A stretch of DNA of 64,000 bases. It comes from Epiperipatus broadwayi (taxonomy: Eukaryota; Animalia; Onychophora). Below the pieces are notes generated by a model. That model saw only the letters and a program-made list of their open reading frames with translations, was not told the origin of the DNA and did no database searches. The stretch's first letter is position 1; the number at the start of each line of letters is the position of its first letter. The translations under genes and the position numbers were made by a program. The DNA lies in assembly GCA_028023455.1 (NCBI GenBank), contig JAQFVV010000010.1, positions 6,014,001 through 6,078,000 on the forward strand, written 5' to 3'. This document shows, in pieces, positions 1-12,889 of this stretch.

Positions 1-354
1 ATTGTATTTGCATTTGGTTGTAGTATTATTTTAATTGTAAGCTATCATTTTGTAATAATCACTTGATTTTATATTTTAGGTAAATTCTATCTAACAAGAT
101 GAAGTGTTTGCCGCAAGCTGACAGGTAGGATAAATAATACTACATTGCACTGACTCTAGACCACTAACTTATGTACCTCAAGTTTAACTCTATAAATTAA
201 TTTAGAATTTCATTCACTTTTTATTCTGTTTTATTATTTTATTTGGTATATAGTGACTATTTTAATAATAATTTTTAATAAATTACAAAATTTATTGAAG
301 TTCTTTATTATAATATTCAAATTATAATAATTATTGATCAATATTAACTACTTG

Positions 355-490
355 TTATTAGGAATGACATATTCATTGCAAACCTCTATATGGAAAAACA
401 CTTTGAAGGGCTACTAGGAAAAATGAAAGGTACTAATATCTTTATTCTATGAAGTGTTCAAGTAATGGATTACTTTAGGTAAGTGTTATT
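355..490 (+). mobile_element. Possible Penelope-like RT relic
   Basis: One frame reads NDIFIANLYMEKHFEGLL, resembling the PLE motif SPxxANxxMExFE. It is short and degraded. Confidence 0.3.
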
Positions 491-1513
491 ATATAATTGG
501 AAATTTAATGATGAATGCAAGTAATTTACTAACAAGAGTATAGTTTTAACATTTATGCATGAAAATTTAGAATTTATGGAATAATATGAAAATAATTATT
601 AGAAATATTAAAATTTTATTCTTTTTTTTTATTACTTTAAATATCAATGGCTATATTTTTTTCAGCTTAATTACATTCTTTGGTGTTTTATGTTTCAAAC
701 AATACATATTATGTCATTTTTGAATAATACAAACTTAAATTATTATGAAATTTGTGGCTTAACATAATTTTTAAATATTCAATATAGTTGCCTCACCAAC
801 AAAATGGTTAAACCTTCAAAAGACAATTTGTAAATTTTTAATGAGGAGTTTTAGCATTTTTGACATATTTATTTCCTCTGTTTATAAACATTGAAATCAA
901 TAACAGCACTTTAGACAAAAAAATGAAAATATTCTTTAAAATTATTTACATTAATTTCTATTCTTTAAATAGAAATTTTGATTTCAAGAGATAGATTTTG
1001 CAAACAAGAAAAAAAATCCTAAACTTTTAATAACCAAATTTATTTTGGTTGCTAAAATAGCATATTTTAAAAATTTTACGAAAAATTACTAAATATTAAA
1101 TTTCATATTTTTCTTCTGATCTTTCAATGAAAGATAATAAATGCAAGCCATAAAAAAATATGGATGAATAGTTATGCTCCTCACACACTACTTATACATT
1201 TTATACCTCATTTTTTGAATATTGATTGGTTAGGAAAATTGATTTTTCAAATTTCACATCTATTAGCTATAAATCACACACAACAATTCCATGTACTTTC
1301 TATTTTTAGATCATAGCTAACAATTAAAATTTTTAATTAAAGAAAATCATTTTATTTTATTAAATATTTATTTAAACCATTTAATAAATTTATAGACTGA
1401 AATGCATACACCCTCAAAGATATATCCATTTCAATTATGTTTGTTATAATTGATGTAACATTAACATCATGTGATCACTATTTCTTATGCTAGGACATAA
1501 CTGTTATTAAAAC

Positions 1514-1552
1514 AGGCAAAACTCTCCATACAGTAGATGGAGAGTTTTGCCT
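1514..1552. repeat. Perfect 16-bp-arm hairpin (aggcaaaactctccat-acagtag-atggagagttttgcct)
   Basis: Read directly; the arm sequence recurs near 57375 and 57825. Confidence 0.9.
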
Positions 1553-1938
1553 TTAATGTAACATTAATTAACAAATGCTATTAAATGTAATAAATGTATA
1601 ATTGCTATATAAATAAGATTTTATAATTATTGTAATAATAATAATTATTTAACTGCTAAAATAATTCCTTTTAAGATTGGATATGAACTGTAGAACTATT
1701 TAAATTATTAAAAAAAAAATTGCTTATTCCTCTCTGTTGCACTATTTCTCTTTTGCTTTGTTAGATTTAAATAAAAACTTTTTAAACAAGTATACATAAT
1801 AATGAATAATCTACCGCAAATTAGATCTGACTGTAGTATAGTATGTTGTACATATACATCATATTTCAAAAATTTTATTTACAAATTTTTATATACGCAT
1901 TTAATCAGATTTTAATCTAAGTGATTTTTTGATCTTAC

Positions 1939-2077
1939 TTTTGGAACTGTGCTTCTTTTTCAATAAAATAATTAGACAAGACACTGAGCTTAGTTTGAGC
2001 TTCTTGGCATTGCTGCTCAGCCATGACTTGACCTTCCCTTAGCCGATCCATTTCTTGTTTTATACTAGATAAATGAT
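1939..2077 (-). CDS. Tango1: TANGO1/MIA3-like coding exon (D-HLSSIKQEMDRLREGQVMAEQQCQEAQTKLSVLSNYFIEKEAQFQ-K), phase 1-2
   Basis: ttattatttag|ATCATT acceptor and CAAAA|gtaaga donor; 139 bp; TKLSVLSNYFIEKEAQFQK is characteristic of the invertebrate TANGO1 second coiled coil. Confidence 0.9.
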
Positions 2078-2338
2078 CTAAATAATAAAAAAAATTTTAA
2101 AAATTAAAGAAAATTTGTAATTATGGAAATTAAACTGATTGCAAATTGGACATTATTAAATATCATGTTTTTGGAAAATTTATAAATGAATTCAAAAATC
2201 ATTTCATATCTATTAGATCCTTTACTTAACATTATGCTAAAAAGAGAAATGTGGTATTTATTTGGTTAAGTGATGTATTAACAGATGACAAATTAGTGTG
2301 TGCATATATATACACATCAATATAAATGGTGCAATTAC

Positions 2339-2429
2339 CTTCTAAATCTTTCCTATTTTCAATCTCCATCTGCAATTTTTGATATAATGAATCCCGGTCT
2401 TCCAATACTGTTCTTAACTCTGCATTTAC
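2339..2429 (-). CDS. Tango1: TANGO1/MIA3-like coding exon (VNAELRTVLEDRDSLYQKLQMEIENRKDLE-), phase 0-1
   Basis: tttacttag|GTAAAT acceptor and GAAG|gtaatt donor; 91 bp; aligns by eye with [31 protein letters not shown]. Confidence 0.88.
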
Positions 2430-3234
2430 CTAAGTAAATATAAATTAAAAATATATATGTATGGTAATTATTTCTTAGTAATAAAAAAAAATATATTTAC
2501 AATTATGAAATAGTTTAGAATATACAAATGCACAAATACTATTTTTTCTTGGTTGACATAATATCTACTTTATTTATTTCTACCCTCAAATATATTTTGT
2601 CCATTTAATACAAGAACTTTTAAATTGATACTCCTCCTCTAGCTCTTAATGACTTAAGGACGTGTTCAAATTTAATTTTTTTAAAGTATTTATGCATTTT
2701 TGTATAGTATATGTATAACATCACAAGAAATTTTCTTTTTTAATGATTATAGATATAAATGTCAAAAAAAAATTTCAGCTTTTCTCATGAATAAAGCTAA
2801 GCAGAAGTCTAATCATAAAATTAAAAAAGCAGTTAGTTGGACAATTCTGAAAAGAAACCTAATCAACATCTTGGTCATGCACTGTATACAAAATCATTTA
2901 TCAATATTTCAGTAATATAAAAATCTCATCACTACTGCCCTAAAAAAATTAACTGTAATACTACTGAAACATCAGCAAACAAACTTGAAAACAATATCTG
3001 ATGATAATAGTTATCAGTATTTTCAGGATCATCCACCTATTTATCTTTTTATATAAGAATGTCCTCCAATCTGTTTTAACTATGAAAAAAAAAAAACAAT
3101 TGAAACTTTTAGATGTGAAAACATTTGTATTAAGACATAGATATATGTTTTATTCAGAAAAAAACTTTTAGCAACAAAAATGATTTTAATTAGTAATAAT
3201 TGCCAAATAATTTCAGTCATATATTATCTTCAAA

Positions 3235-3340
3235 CAATGTGACTGAAAAAATGTCCAAATTTCACCTGGCTGAAATTTGAACACCATGTAACAAGTGTAA
3301 CAGACAAATATGCTAACATCTATGTTAAAAAATCCCTTAT
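3235..3340 (-). mobile_element. Possible degraded tRNA-derived SINE head
   Basis: The minus strand has an A-box-like (tagatgttagc) and a B-box-like (ggtgttcaaatttc) motif at plausible spacing; heavily decayed. Confidence 0.25.
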
Positions 3341-3917
3341 TTTAATCAGTTTTCATAACTAGCACAAATTAATGTAATCCTAAATTTATAAAAAAAAAAA
3401 CAGTTTAAACTAATTCCTTATTTAGCTTTAAAAAGTATATTTTATTTTGAATAAAAATTTAATTATCAAAAAATTATAATTATAAACTAATTATAGCTCA
3501 TAATGGTAATTTTAATCAACAAAACATTGTATAAAAATATTACCTAGTTCCCTAAAAAAAAAAATCAAAGAACAAAATATATATTTAAAAAAATCCTTGG
3601 TTAATTTAGAATCTGCAGACAAATTGAAATTAATTATATGACTAATACATATATTAATATTGTGCAGGATTTCTTTTTTTAGATATCTGGCTCAGTTTGT
3701 CATCTCAATTGTTTACTAAATGGGTATCTATCTATTTTAAATAGAAGGTAAAGGTTTCTAGAATATTGGCACTTTAACTATAAAAATAAAAAATATATGA
3801 TATAACTTTTAATAGTGAAAGCATTATCACACTACTGCGATACCGAATTTATGGTTGACCTTTAAGCAAAAATTGCTCAAATCTTTTATTTTTTTAAACA
3901 AATGATTATATATATAA

Positions 3918-4100
3918 TAAAAATAAAATGTCCATTAATTAAAAAATATTGTAATAACAATATAAATAATAAATATAATGACAATTAAATATAAATATAC
4001 AATATTTCAATCCGCAGAATTAATCGAAAGTACTTCTGTGGATTGAAAGACTATATATATTTAATTACCATTATATTTATTATTTATGTTATTATTATAT
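3918..4100. mobile_element. Fold-back solo Penelope pseudo-LTR end (palindrome)
   Basis: Arms 3950-4019 and 4034-4100 are inverted around the loop ttaatcgaaagtac. The sequence is homologous to the pLTR end at 9810-9920. Confidence 0.7.
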
Positions 4101-4639
4101 ATATATATATGTACATATGTATGTTTGATGTATTATGAAAGGGAAAATGTGTCCTATATGCCGGCAAATAAAGTATCTATTGAAGCTGACTATGAAAATC
4201 TTTATTTTATATTTAAAATTTATTAACATATAATGAGAAAAGCAAAACACCTATCCATTCTCTTTCTCATACTAGTTATATGCATGAAATAGTAAAATTC
4301 AACTTCTCTGATAAATTCTCTTATTCAAAATTTACAGGAAGAAAAAAATAAATAAACTTTTTATTAAACTTTGTATTTTAAACCTATAATAGTGTGTGGT
4401 GGAAAAGACATTTGAATATAAAACAATCATTAAAACAAACCTTATTAAATTAAGACTTTTTTAACTTAAATAAATAAAAGCCTTAAATATAAATTAACTT
4501 GGAATTTTGTAAACACACATATGATGTGATGCACTGTGATTTCTCCTTATATGGAGTCAGAAATCTCTCAACAACTATGTCCAGAGAAACCTGTTAGCCA
4601 CTTTGTACCCCTTTCCATTCCCTACCCCAAGTTTTTCCA

Positions 4640-5530
4640 TATTCTTTTCTACCCTGCGCCATCACATTTCCACAACATAATCTTTGTTAACTCCATGGCC
4701 TTTAAATCTAAAACCCCCTTATCTTTTCCCAAACCCAGCATAAAAACCAATAAGCCACTTTCTGTATAATCACTTTGTTCATATTTATTCTTCCACAACT
4801 TCATTATTTGTATCCTTTCTGCTTTCAGGCATTTACATTAAATTAACAGATGCCTAATATTTTCAATATTTTCCTTACACAGCTTGCAGACTAAATCACC
4901 CATATTTCTCCATTTATGTGTATATTCCTTTGTTGCTAAAGATCCTGTTTGAGCCTTAAACAGTAAACTACTTTCCTTACTATTATCATAAATTAACTTG
5001 CACCCAATATTCTTTTTACTTCTATAAATATTTAAACTCTTTTTACTCTCCATACTAGCTCTCCATCTCTCCAACTCCCTATTCTTTATTAATGCATCTA
5101 TTTTTCTATCCCATTCCTTAACACTAAAACATTCAACAATTCTCCTAACACAATCATCCCACCTTTTGTATAAGTATACTGACATAAATTCTTTATCTAA
5201 ATCTTCTGCAAACGCATTACTTTTCTCACCCATCTTGTTGCCTGCCCTTTATTCATAACCCAATTAAATACTATTTTGGCTATTCTTTTATTATCCATAA
5301 ACTGCAATCTACCAAATATTTTCATTTTGCTTTTTGCATCTCTCATATAAAAACTTGACCATCCCATTTCTCCTTGAATTGCCTCCTTTGCCATCCACAC
5401 TTCTGCATCTAATGCATGTCTTCCTACTTCTCTTTGTATTTTTTCTAAGTAATCTAATACCCCTTTACTAACACATAACACATCATTACCATATATTATA
5501 GAAGCATCATTGAAGCCATCTGGTAGCACA
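4640..5530 (-). mobile_element. Non-LTR retrotransposon 3' fragment (RT C-terminal region and CCHC knuckle)
   Basis: ORFs 5197..5529 (EAIQGEMGWSSF..KIFGRL) and 4838..5233 (YDNSKESSLLFKAQTGSL..CKLCKENIENIRHLLI*C) are typical of arthropod LINE pol ends; frameshifted. Confidence 0.8.
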
Positions 5531-5539
5531 TTTGAAAGT

Positions 5540-6550
5540 CAACCTTTTTCTTCGAGTTGAAATATCCAAAATTGGTCTAATATTATCCAAATCCTTGGCA
5601 AGATTCTAGGCAGATCCTTCTGCATTTCATCCATTAAATTGTGAACAAATTTATTCTATAAATCAATTATTGTGCTATATTTTTTAATTAATATTTTGAC
5701 AGTTAATTCATCAAGTCAGCCTTGAGGATTATCTTGACATATTAGGCAATCATGTAAAAAATAAAGTATCATTTTAAGACTTCTCCTAGGACTTATCGAA
5801 ATAATATCTTTCCATCTCCAAGACATTGCATGAGAATGACAAATGATACACTTCTAACAACTCTCAGCCAGACATATTATGGATAATAACAACATAAACA
5901 CTGGTTATCACATCTTAAGTTATTTCTTCCCATGGATTTGATCTTGCCCCCCCCCTCTTATCAAGAGTCATGCGCTATGTTTACAAATTAAGTCTCCCTA
6001 GTCCTGATCATTCTCACCATCAGAATTTTTCATCACTTCTAAATGCAGCTTGGAATATTTGAAGATTTGTACTGGATAAATAGTAATAAACTGATTAAAA
6101 ACACTTTCAACCTTCTTTTATTGATGAATTGGCTGTTAAAAAAATGTTTTCCAAAAATTCAAAAACCAATCTATCCAATAGCTATGGGTGTTTTTATTTT
6201 TTATTTTTTCGACAATTATTTTTAATACCGCAAATCTTTCTATTACATGATTTAAATATTTCATTTCCTTATAGATCTTTATGGCTTGACAGTAATTTTA
6301 TAAATACAATTTTTCAGTAATTATTTGTATAGAATATCTTTAACAATAATATTTTGTCTTACTTTATAAATAATCCAAAGCATATTTTATCATTTTCAAA
6401 ACAATATTATCAGTTAATTTAAAGATTAGGCAAACATGACCTTAAGCCTTATTTATTGAAAAGTCTGAAACACTCTACCCTCTATAAGCGAATTGTTAAA
6501 TTAATGTTCAGTAATTTTTGAAATCATATATTTCAAAATTATATATATGC
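5540..6550 (-). mobile_element. Possible degraded Ty3/Gypsy RNaseH-integrase relic
   Basis: Scattered motifs (SIKEG, KLHLE, NPWEEIT, QDNPQG) occur in Gypsy pol order with many stops; weak. Confidence 0.3.
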
Positions 6551-6877
6551 TGACATTTCACATTTAGCCATGATTGTTCCAAAAGTAGCTGGCAATCCCC
6601 TCCCTAGTTTCAAATCAGGTATTCAAACTACTCTAAATAAAATATGAGTCACTGAAATTGTACATAACTGTATATGTCACTAAAAATATATATTTTAGAT
6701 ACATAACAAAATCTAGCTAATATTTATTATTTAAATCCTTTTAGTTCATGAATCAACATCATCAAGATGCTTATCCTATTTAATTTTTAATCTTTCTAAG
6801 TCCCATTTAATCTAAATTATTTCAGCTGATCTCATCATGGTTATTGCGTCTATTTTTAATATTCACGATATATATAT

Positions 6878-9072
6878 AATCAAAAGATTTATCCCAAATT
6901 CACAACTAAAACAGACTAACCAGAGAAATAAATTCTAAAACACAACCAATGGTTTCACTGCTACAAGCTAAAAGACTAAAACATAACAAATTTATACTAC
7001 ATATTACCCACAAATCCCACTTACATCCTACACTACCTTAATATTAAAAAAAACTTTTAAACAAGTTAATTGCTTCAGAATCATAAATTTTTAATAATAA
7101 AAATTCTTTAATTCTTATTTTAATTTCATTTCTTTTAAAAATAACAACCTTCGCTTCATCAAAACTAATAGTGTGGCATGTATCTCTTTCATAGATATAT
7201 AAAGCAGAATTGAGATATTTATTTCTAAACCTATTTTTTTGTACTTTTATTCTTTCATTTAAATTCAATTGGTTTTAAATAAAAGTTTAAAAAGAAAGGA
7301 AAAATGTATTATTATTTCTGCTGAGGTTAGACATCTTACTAGGTTAATTGCTGATGTTGTGATCATTTCTCGTAAAAGCAAAGCTGATCAGTTTGTCATT
7401 AGGAAAAAAAATGAGTTTAGGGAGAAAATAGATAATGAATTAAATAATGGTAAATATATGTTTTTAGAAAAAAATCCTGGTAGTGTGATTAAAAGGAAGT
7501 TAATAGTTATTAGGGGGAAAATGGTAAATTTAAAAATTTTTAATAGATTATTTAAAATGTTATCTTAATGACTTCATAGCAGCTAAGATGTTTATGAATA
7601 TTAAGACTCGCAAAGATAGTTTTCCTTTAAAATTCATTTTTGACTTTACAGGTAGTGTTGTTGAGGGTATTCCTACGTTCTTGAATAATTTTTTAAAACA
7701 ATTTATTAATTTTGGTCATTACATCGTTTCTTCTCGAGGCTTTTGATAGTTTGGATATTGAGAATATGTATCAATCTGTGTTGATTAAAAATAGATCTTT
7801 GTCAAAGAATAAAATTAAAGTTATTAAAGACTTGCTTTCACTATTAGATGAATCTATGTATTTTATTTATAATGGTAATTTTTACAAGATTAGGGAAAGT
7901 GGTTAATAAGTTATAATATTTCTCCTTTAATTTGTTCAGTTTATATTAATTATTTGGAAGAGGAAATTATTTTTAAGGATTGTATTTATTTAAAGTTATT
8001 TGTTAGATGTGTTGATGATTGTGCGTTTGTAGTTGAAAATGATAAAATGGAAAAGTTGGTAAATGAATTTGTTTTGATCCTTCTATAAAATATGTTCTAG
8101 AAGAAGGTGGGGGGGGGGGGGTAGATTTTGTTAAATTAAAATTTTTAGATTTATTGGTGATAAGAAATGTAAAGAATAATTATTTGATATGTAGTCATTT
8201 GTTAAAAGTAAAGAATTAAGGTCTATAATTAAATCTGATAGCTATCAATCTGTATCTCATAAAATAGCTGTTTTAAGAAAATATTGTTATAGGAATAAGA
8301 AATTAAATAATTCTAGTGGGGTAGCTTTGTTTCAGAAAGATCAATTTTATAAACATTATTTGAATATTGATTACTTTGATAAATTTGTTAAAAGAATTTT
8401 ATTTAATAATAATTATAGTGGGTTTAATAACTGTAATAATGTAAAAATAAATAAAAATATGATTTTATTTCTTTGCCTTTTAAATTATCTTATAGAATTG
8501 GAAGTAAATAGAAATTTATTTGGAAATAAAAAAATCACTTGGAAAAGGAATATTATTTTGAATAATTTATTAAATAATACAAAGGAAATATTTAATAGAA
8601 AGATTATTTCTGGAGTAGTGTATATTATCCCTTGTTTTTGTAAGAAGGTATATATATAGGCCAGAGTAGTTTGAGTTTAAATGAAAGAATAAAAGTACGT
8701 AAAAGTAGGGTTAGAAATAAATATCTCAGTTCTGTTTTATATATCCATGAAAGAAATACAGATGACACTATTAGTTTTGATGAGGCGACGGTTGTCTTCT
8801 TTGAAAGAAATGAAATTAAAAGAATTAAAAAATCTTTATTATTAAAAATTTATGATTCTGAAGCAATTAATTTGTTTAAAAGTTTTTAATGTTAAGTGGG
8901 TGTGGGATGTAAGTGGAAATTATGGGTAATATGTAGTATAAATTTGTTATTATGTTTAAGTCTTTTACATTTGAGAAGTACATTTGTAGCAGTGAAACCA
9001 TTGATTGTGTTTTTAGAATTTATTTCTTTGGCTAGTCTGGTTTAGTTGTGAATTTGGGGTAATTTTTGATTA
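6878..9072 (+). mobile_element. Penelope-like element 1 (RT + GIY-YIG) with inverted 5' pseudo-LTR
   Basis: RT motifs AKMFMNIKTRKDSFPLKFIFD, SLDIENMY, ISPLICSVYINYLE, FVRCVDD; GIY-YIG GVVYIIPCFCKKVYI(+2 bp)GQSSLSLNERIK. 6878-7268 is an inverted copy of 8671-9072. Confidence 0.9.
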
Positions 9073-9124
9073 TTTTAGTGACTAGTTTAGCTTTAGGCTT
9101 ATGATAGTTATATATATATATAAT

Positions 9125-9920
9125 AATAATAATAATAAAAATAATAAATATAATGATGATTAACTATTATACACAGTATTTTAATCTGCAGAAGTATTTC
9201 AGTTAATTACTTAACTCTCTTCAATTGCCGTAAAATTCAAAAACATAATGGAAGCAAATGTCATCAACTCAAATCTCAGAATTCCCGAATTTTAAAATTA
9301 GCAGCTTGTCTATTAATTATATTCATTTTATTTCTACTCATAAAAATTGCCTCCTTAATTTTTTTTTTATTATGGTTTCTCTCATCAAGAAGAATCTTAA
9401 CATTTTCACGGCCAAACTTAAATTTATATTTACATGTCCTTTCATAATCCAAGAAAACTGAAAGTCATTAAATCATTATTATTTTTACTTTTTACATGCT
9501 TGTATATCCATTGATGCTCCTTTAATCTTTTGTCTATACTGCGTCTTGATTCACTTATACATGATAACATACATCCACAAAAAATTTCATAACCAACATT
9601 ACTTTTTTGCTTGATCTTGAAAATGTTAAGATTCTTCATGAAGAGAGAAACGATAATAGAAGAAAAATTAAGATGGAAATTTTCATAAATAAAAATAAAA
9701 TGAATATAATTAATAGAGCCGCTAACATTAAAATTCAGGAATCCTGGGATTTGAGTTGATGTTTGCTTCTGTTATGTTTTTTGAACTTAATGGTAGTTGA
9801 AAAGGATAAACTGAAAATACTTCTGCGAATTGAAAGACTTGTATAATATTTAATTACCATTATATTTATTACTTTTATTGTTATTACAATATTTTTTTAA
9901 TTAACGAACATTTTATTTCT
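9125..9920 (-). mobile_element. Penelope-like element 2, 5'-truncated GIY-YIG fragment with inverted pseudo-LTR
   Basis: The minus ORF 9442..9639 reads SNVGYEIFCGCMLSCISESRRSIDKRLKEHQ, followed by ENVKILLDERN..KIKEAIF..IN. 9612-9920 is an inverted copy of about 9125-9410. Confidence 0.85.
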
Positions 9921-10368
9921 TTTATATATATATATAAGTGGAAGAGACTCATAGTGGTGGTGGTAACACATCCAACTATTTACCAAAATTAAGTAAAGCT
10001 TACAATTAAGTAAGGCTTACAATTTTTCTTTCAGATAACCATAGCTAATCCAATTAGCCATCATATTGATCAACAAAACCATTCTTAGTTGCAGAGTAAA
10101 ATAAAAAAATTAAAAATCACCCAAATTTGCAATATCTAGCAATTAATCGTAGACTTGGTAGGTAATGCATTCTCTTTCATTATTTCTTCTCAATAAACAA
10201 CTATTTGAGATGTCTCTAAGTCACAGTTGGCTATTTAACAGCCATTATCCATATAAACACATAGACAAATAGGCAAACAAGCATATGAAAACATTGCAAG
10301 CATATATATCAACAAACAATCAAACAAATAGATAGACAAATAAAATATAGAATAACATAAATTCTTAC

Positions 10369-10427
10369 ATGAGAAACATCCATTAATCGCTTCAATTTTT
10401 CCTGAAAATCACCAGATAAATTTTTAT
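10369..10427 (-). CDS. Tango1: TANGO1/MIA3-like coding exon (D-KNLSGDFQEKLKRLMDVSH), phase 1-0
   Basis: ctcattttag|ATAAAA acceptor and CAT|gtaaga donor; 59 bp; corresponds to the LKKLIHAAK|LNASL junction of the family. Confidence 0.85.
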
Positions 10428-12889
10428 CTAAAATGAGAAAAAAAAAATTAAATAAATAAAACTTTCATTGAACTATAAGTAAAATTCGGATACAGAAAAG
10501 CTATAAATAGCATTCTATGAAGGAAATGTACTTTTGATAGAGAAATTTTATAAAAATCATTGTCTTTATTTTCATGTATCCTAAAGCAATTTTAAAATAG
10601 CTGCCAATTATTATTCAAAACAAAGATCCCTATCACTTTCTTAATATAAATTTATATGAGTTTTTATTTATTTTTCTTATATGTTTTGATTCTATTTATC
10701 AATCATCAATAGTAACTAAAAATGCAGAAATAAAATACAATGCATATATGTAGAAATTCTATTTATATTTCTGCAACATAATGTATATATAATAAATAAA
10801 TAAATAAATACATATAATTGATTCTCCATATCCATGATTTCAATACATGTAGTATTACTTCTCAGTGTTTAGAAAAAATATTAAGTAAAATATTAAAAAT
10901 TAGAAAAAACAAATTTTCATATTTTTTTAGTTCACAATATAATTGTTTAATGCTACAATCTCAAATGTCACAGGTAAATGGCTAGTAGAATTTTTTTTCA
11001 ATAAAGCAGCCAGAATTTTTTAATTCAATACCATTTATCATTTTCATTTCATCACAAAAAGAATGAAAAACATTTTACAAGTTTTTTTTCTCAGCCATTC
11101 AAAAAAAATGAAGTTAAAGTTGTTTAACCCTTAACTAATTTACTTGTCCAATTACTAAAAAAAAAAAAAAAGAAGAGGATATCCTTTTATTTATTAATAA
11201 AAAAGATTTTTTTTTTAAAAAAAGAGAATTTTAATTTTTTAAATCATTTTGTTTTTTAAAAAAACAAACAATTTATCTTATTATAAAAAATTATTTTATT
11301 TATTTTACACATACTCAAAAGTCAAGTGCATAACTGATTACAGTTACTTTATCTTTTTCTTAATATAAAGAAAAATAGTAATATTATGCATGCAAATGAT
11401 GCATCTTTTTTTCATTACAATGGATTCCACACAGTCACATGACTTAAGTTTTTTTAAAGAATTTTTTTGTAAAAATATTTTTTGTAATAAATCATAGAAA
11501 ATCATAAAAAATTGTTCTTATATATTTTTAAGTTAAAAATATTTTCCAGCTGATAAATAAATGATATACTATTAAAGTAACGTCAAAACATTTATTGCAT
11601 CTATTTACAGCAATAAGATATTTACGATTATATAAAGAATTCACTGCCTGGATACAATTGGCAAAATTATAAATGCATACTGTAAGAAGTAACACCAGCA
11701 GGTTGGAGAAATAGTATGACTCCTAATAAAACTTAATGCTTCCAAACACACTGATTTGCCTTATAAAAAGTACTATATTATTTGTAGCTAGTAACTTCCT
11801 GATTCAGACTTGAGATCTTCATTCTAGAAAATAGTAGACAAATATGTGCTTTACTGTCAGAAAAATACAGACTATGAATTATTAATGTGATATAGTAACC
11901 TTGTCTTCCTGCCTCTCAAATAGAATCCAGCTTTATAGCCATCTCCTCTATCTTCTGTAAACAAATTATGTACTTAATTATATCATTGGTCTAAATATGT
12001 GATTGGTTATTTATTTATATTATTGTTGTTGCATTGTTCAACTGTATAGTATAATGAGTTCTATCTGCACATTTCTGCAGTTTGGACAATTTCATCACTG
12101 AAAGTAATCTTAAGAAGAGTCCGCAACAGAATTAATAGGTACTTCGGAGTATGTATCAATTATCTACTTTTTATTAATAATTTATATTAAACTTAATTGT
12201 CTCTATAAATTATTTTTAATTAATTTTCCAAAAAATAAAATTACTTATTATATTAAAGAAACAAAATTAAAAGTTTATCAGAAATTGGTAGAAATAATTG
12301 CTATATATCTGTTTGTGTGTATGTCCACATATATTTAAATGAATAACGTCTCATTCATTTTACTGTCAGACGTGATCTTTCGCATGGTTGTAAGTTAGTT
12401 TTAAATGTTGTGAGGGATAGCAATTAAATATAGCATTCAAAAGTTTTTAAAGATGATTATATAAAATACAACAAATCATTTAAAATATTGAATGTAATAA
12501 TAGGTATATTCAAATGGTAAAATAAAGTATTAAACAACATATTTTAAAATAATGTAAAAGGTTTGTTACAAATGTTTAAATTTAACGAGAAACTTGTAAA
12601 TTATATAAATTATGTTAAAATTGTTGCTCCTATCAATGACTGAAAAAATGTATGGAATGTATTGCAAAACAACTCATTTAAGAAATAAATTTTAAATAAT
12701 TAAATTAAAAATAAGCTAATAAAAAAAATATTAAAACTGTTTTGAGATATAAGATTTGAAAACAAAGGAAAAATTCAAGCAATTTAATAACTATAACATT
12801 TTGTAAATTCAAGCAATTAAATAATGAAAATACTAAAATTCTTTTAACTAAAACATAGACAGTCATAACGGTGTTAAAAAATAAGATCA

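Noticed and set aside
11895-11950. Candidate exon EDRGDGYKAGFYLRGRKT
   Set aside because: It ends in an incompatible phase and looks more like a LINE RT fragment.
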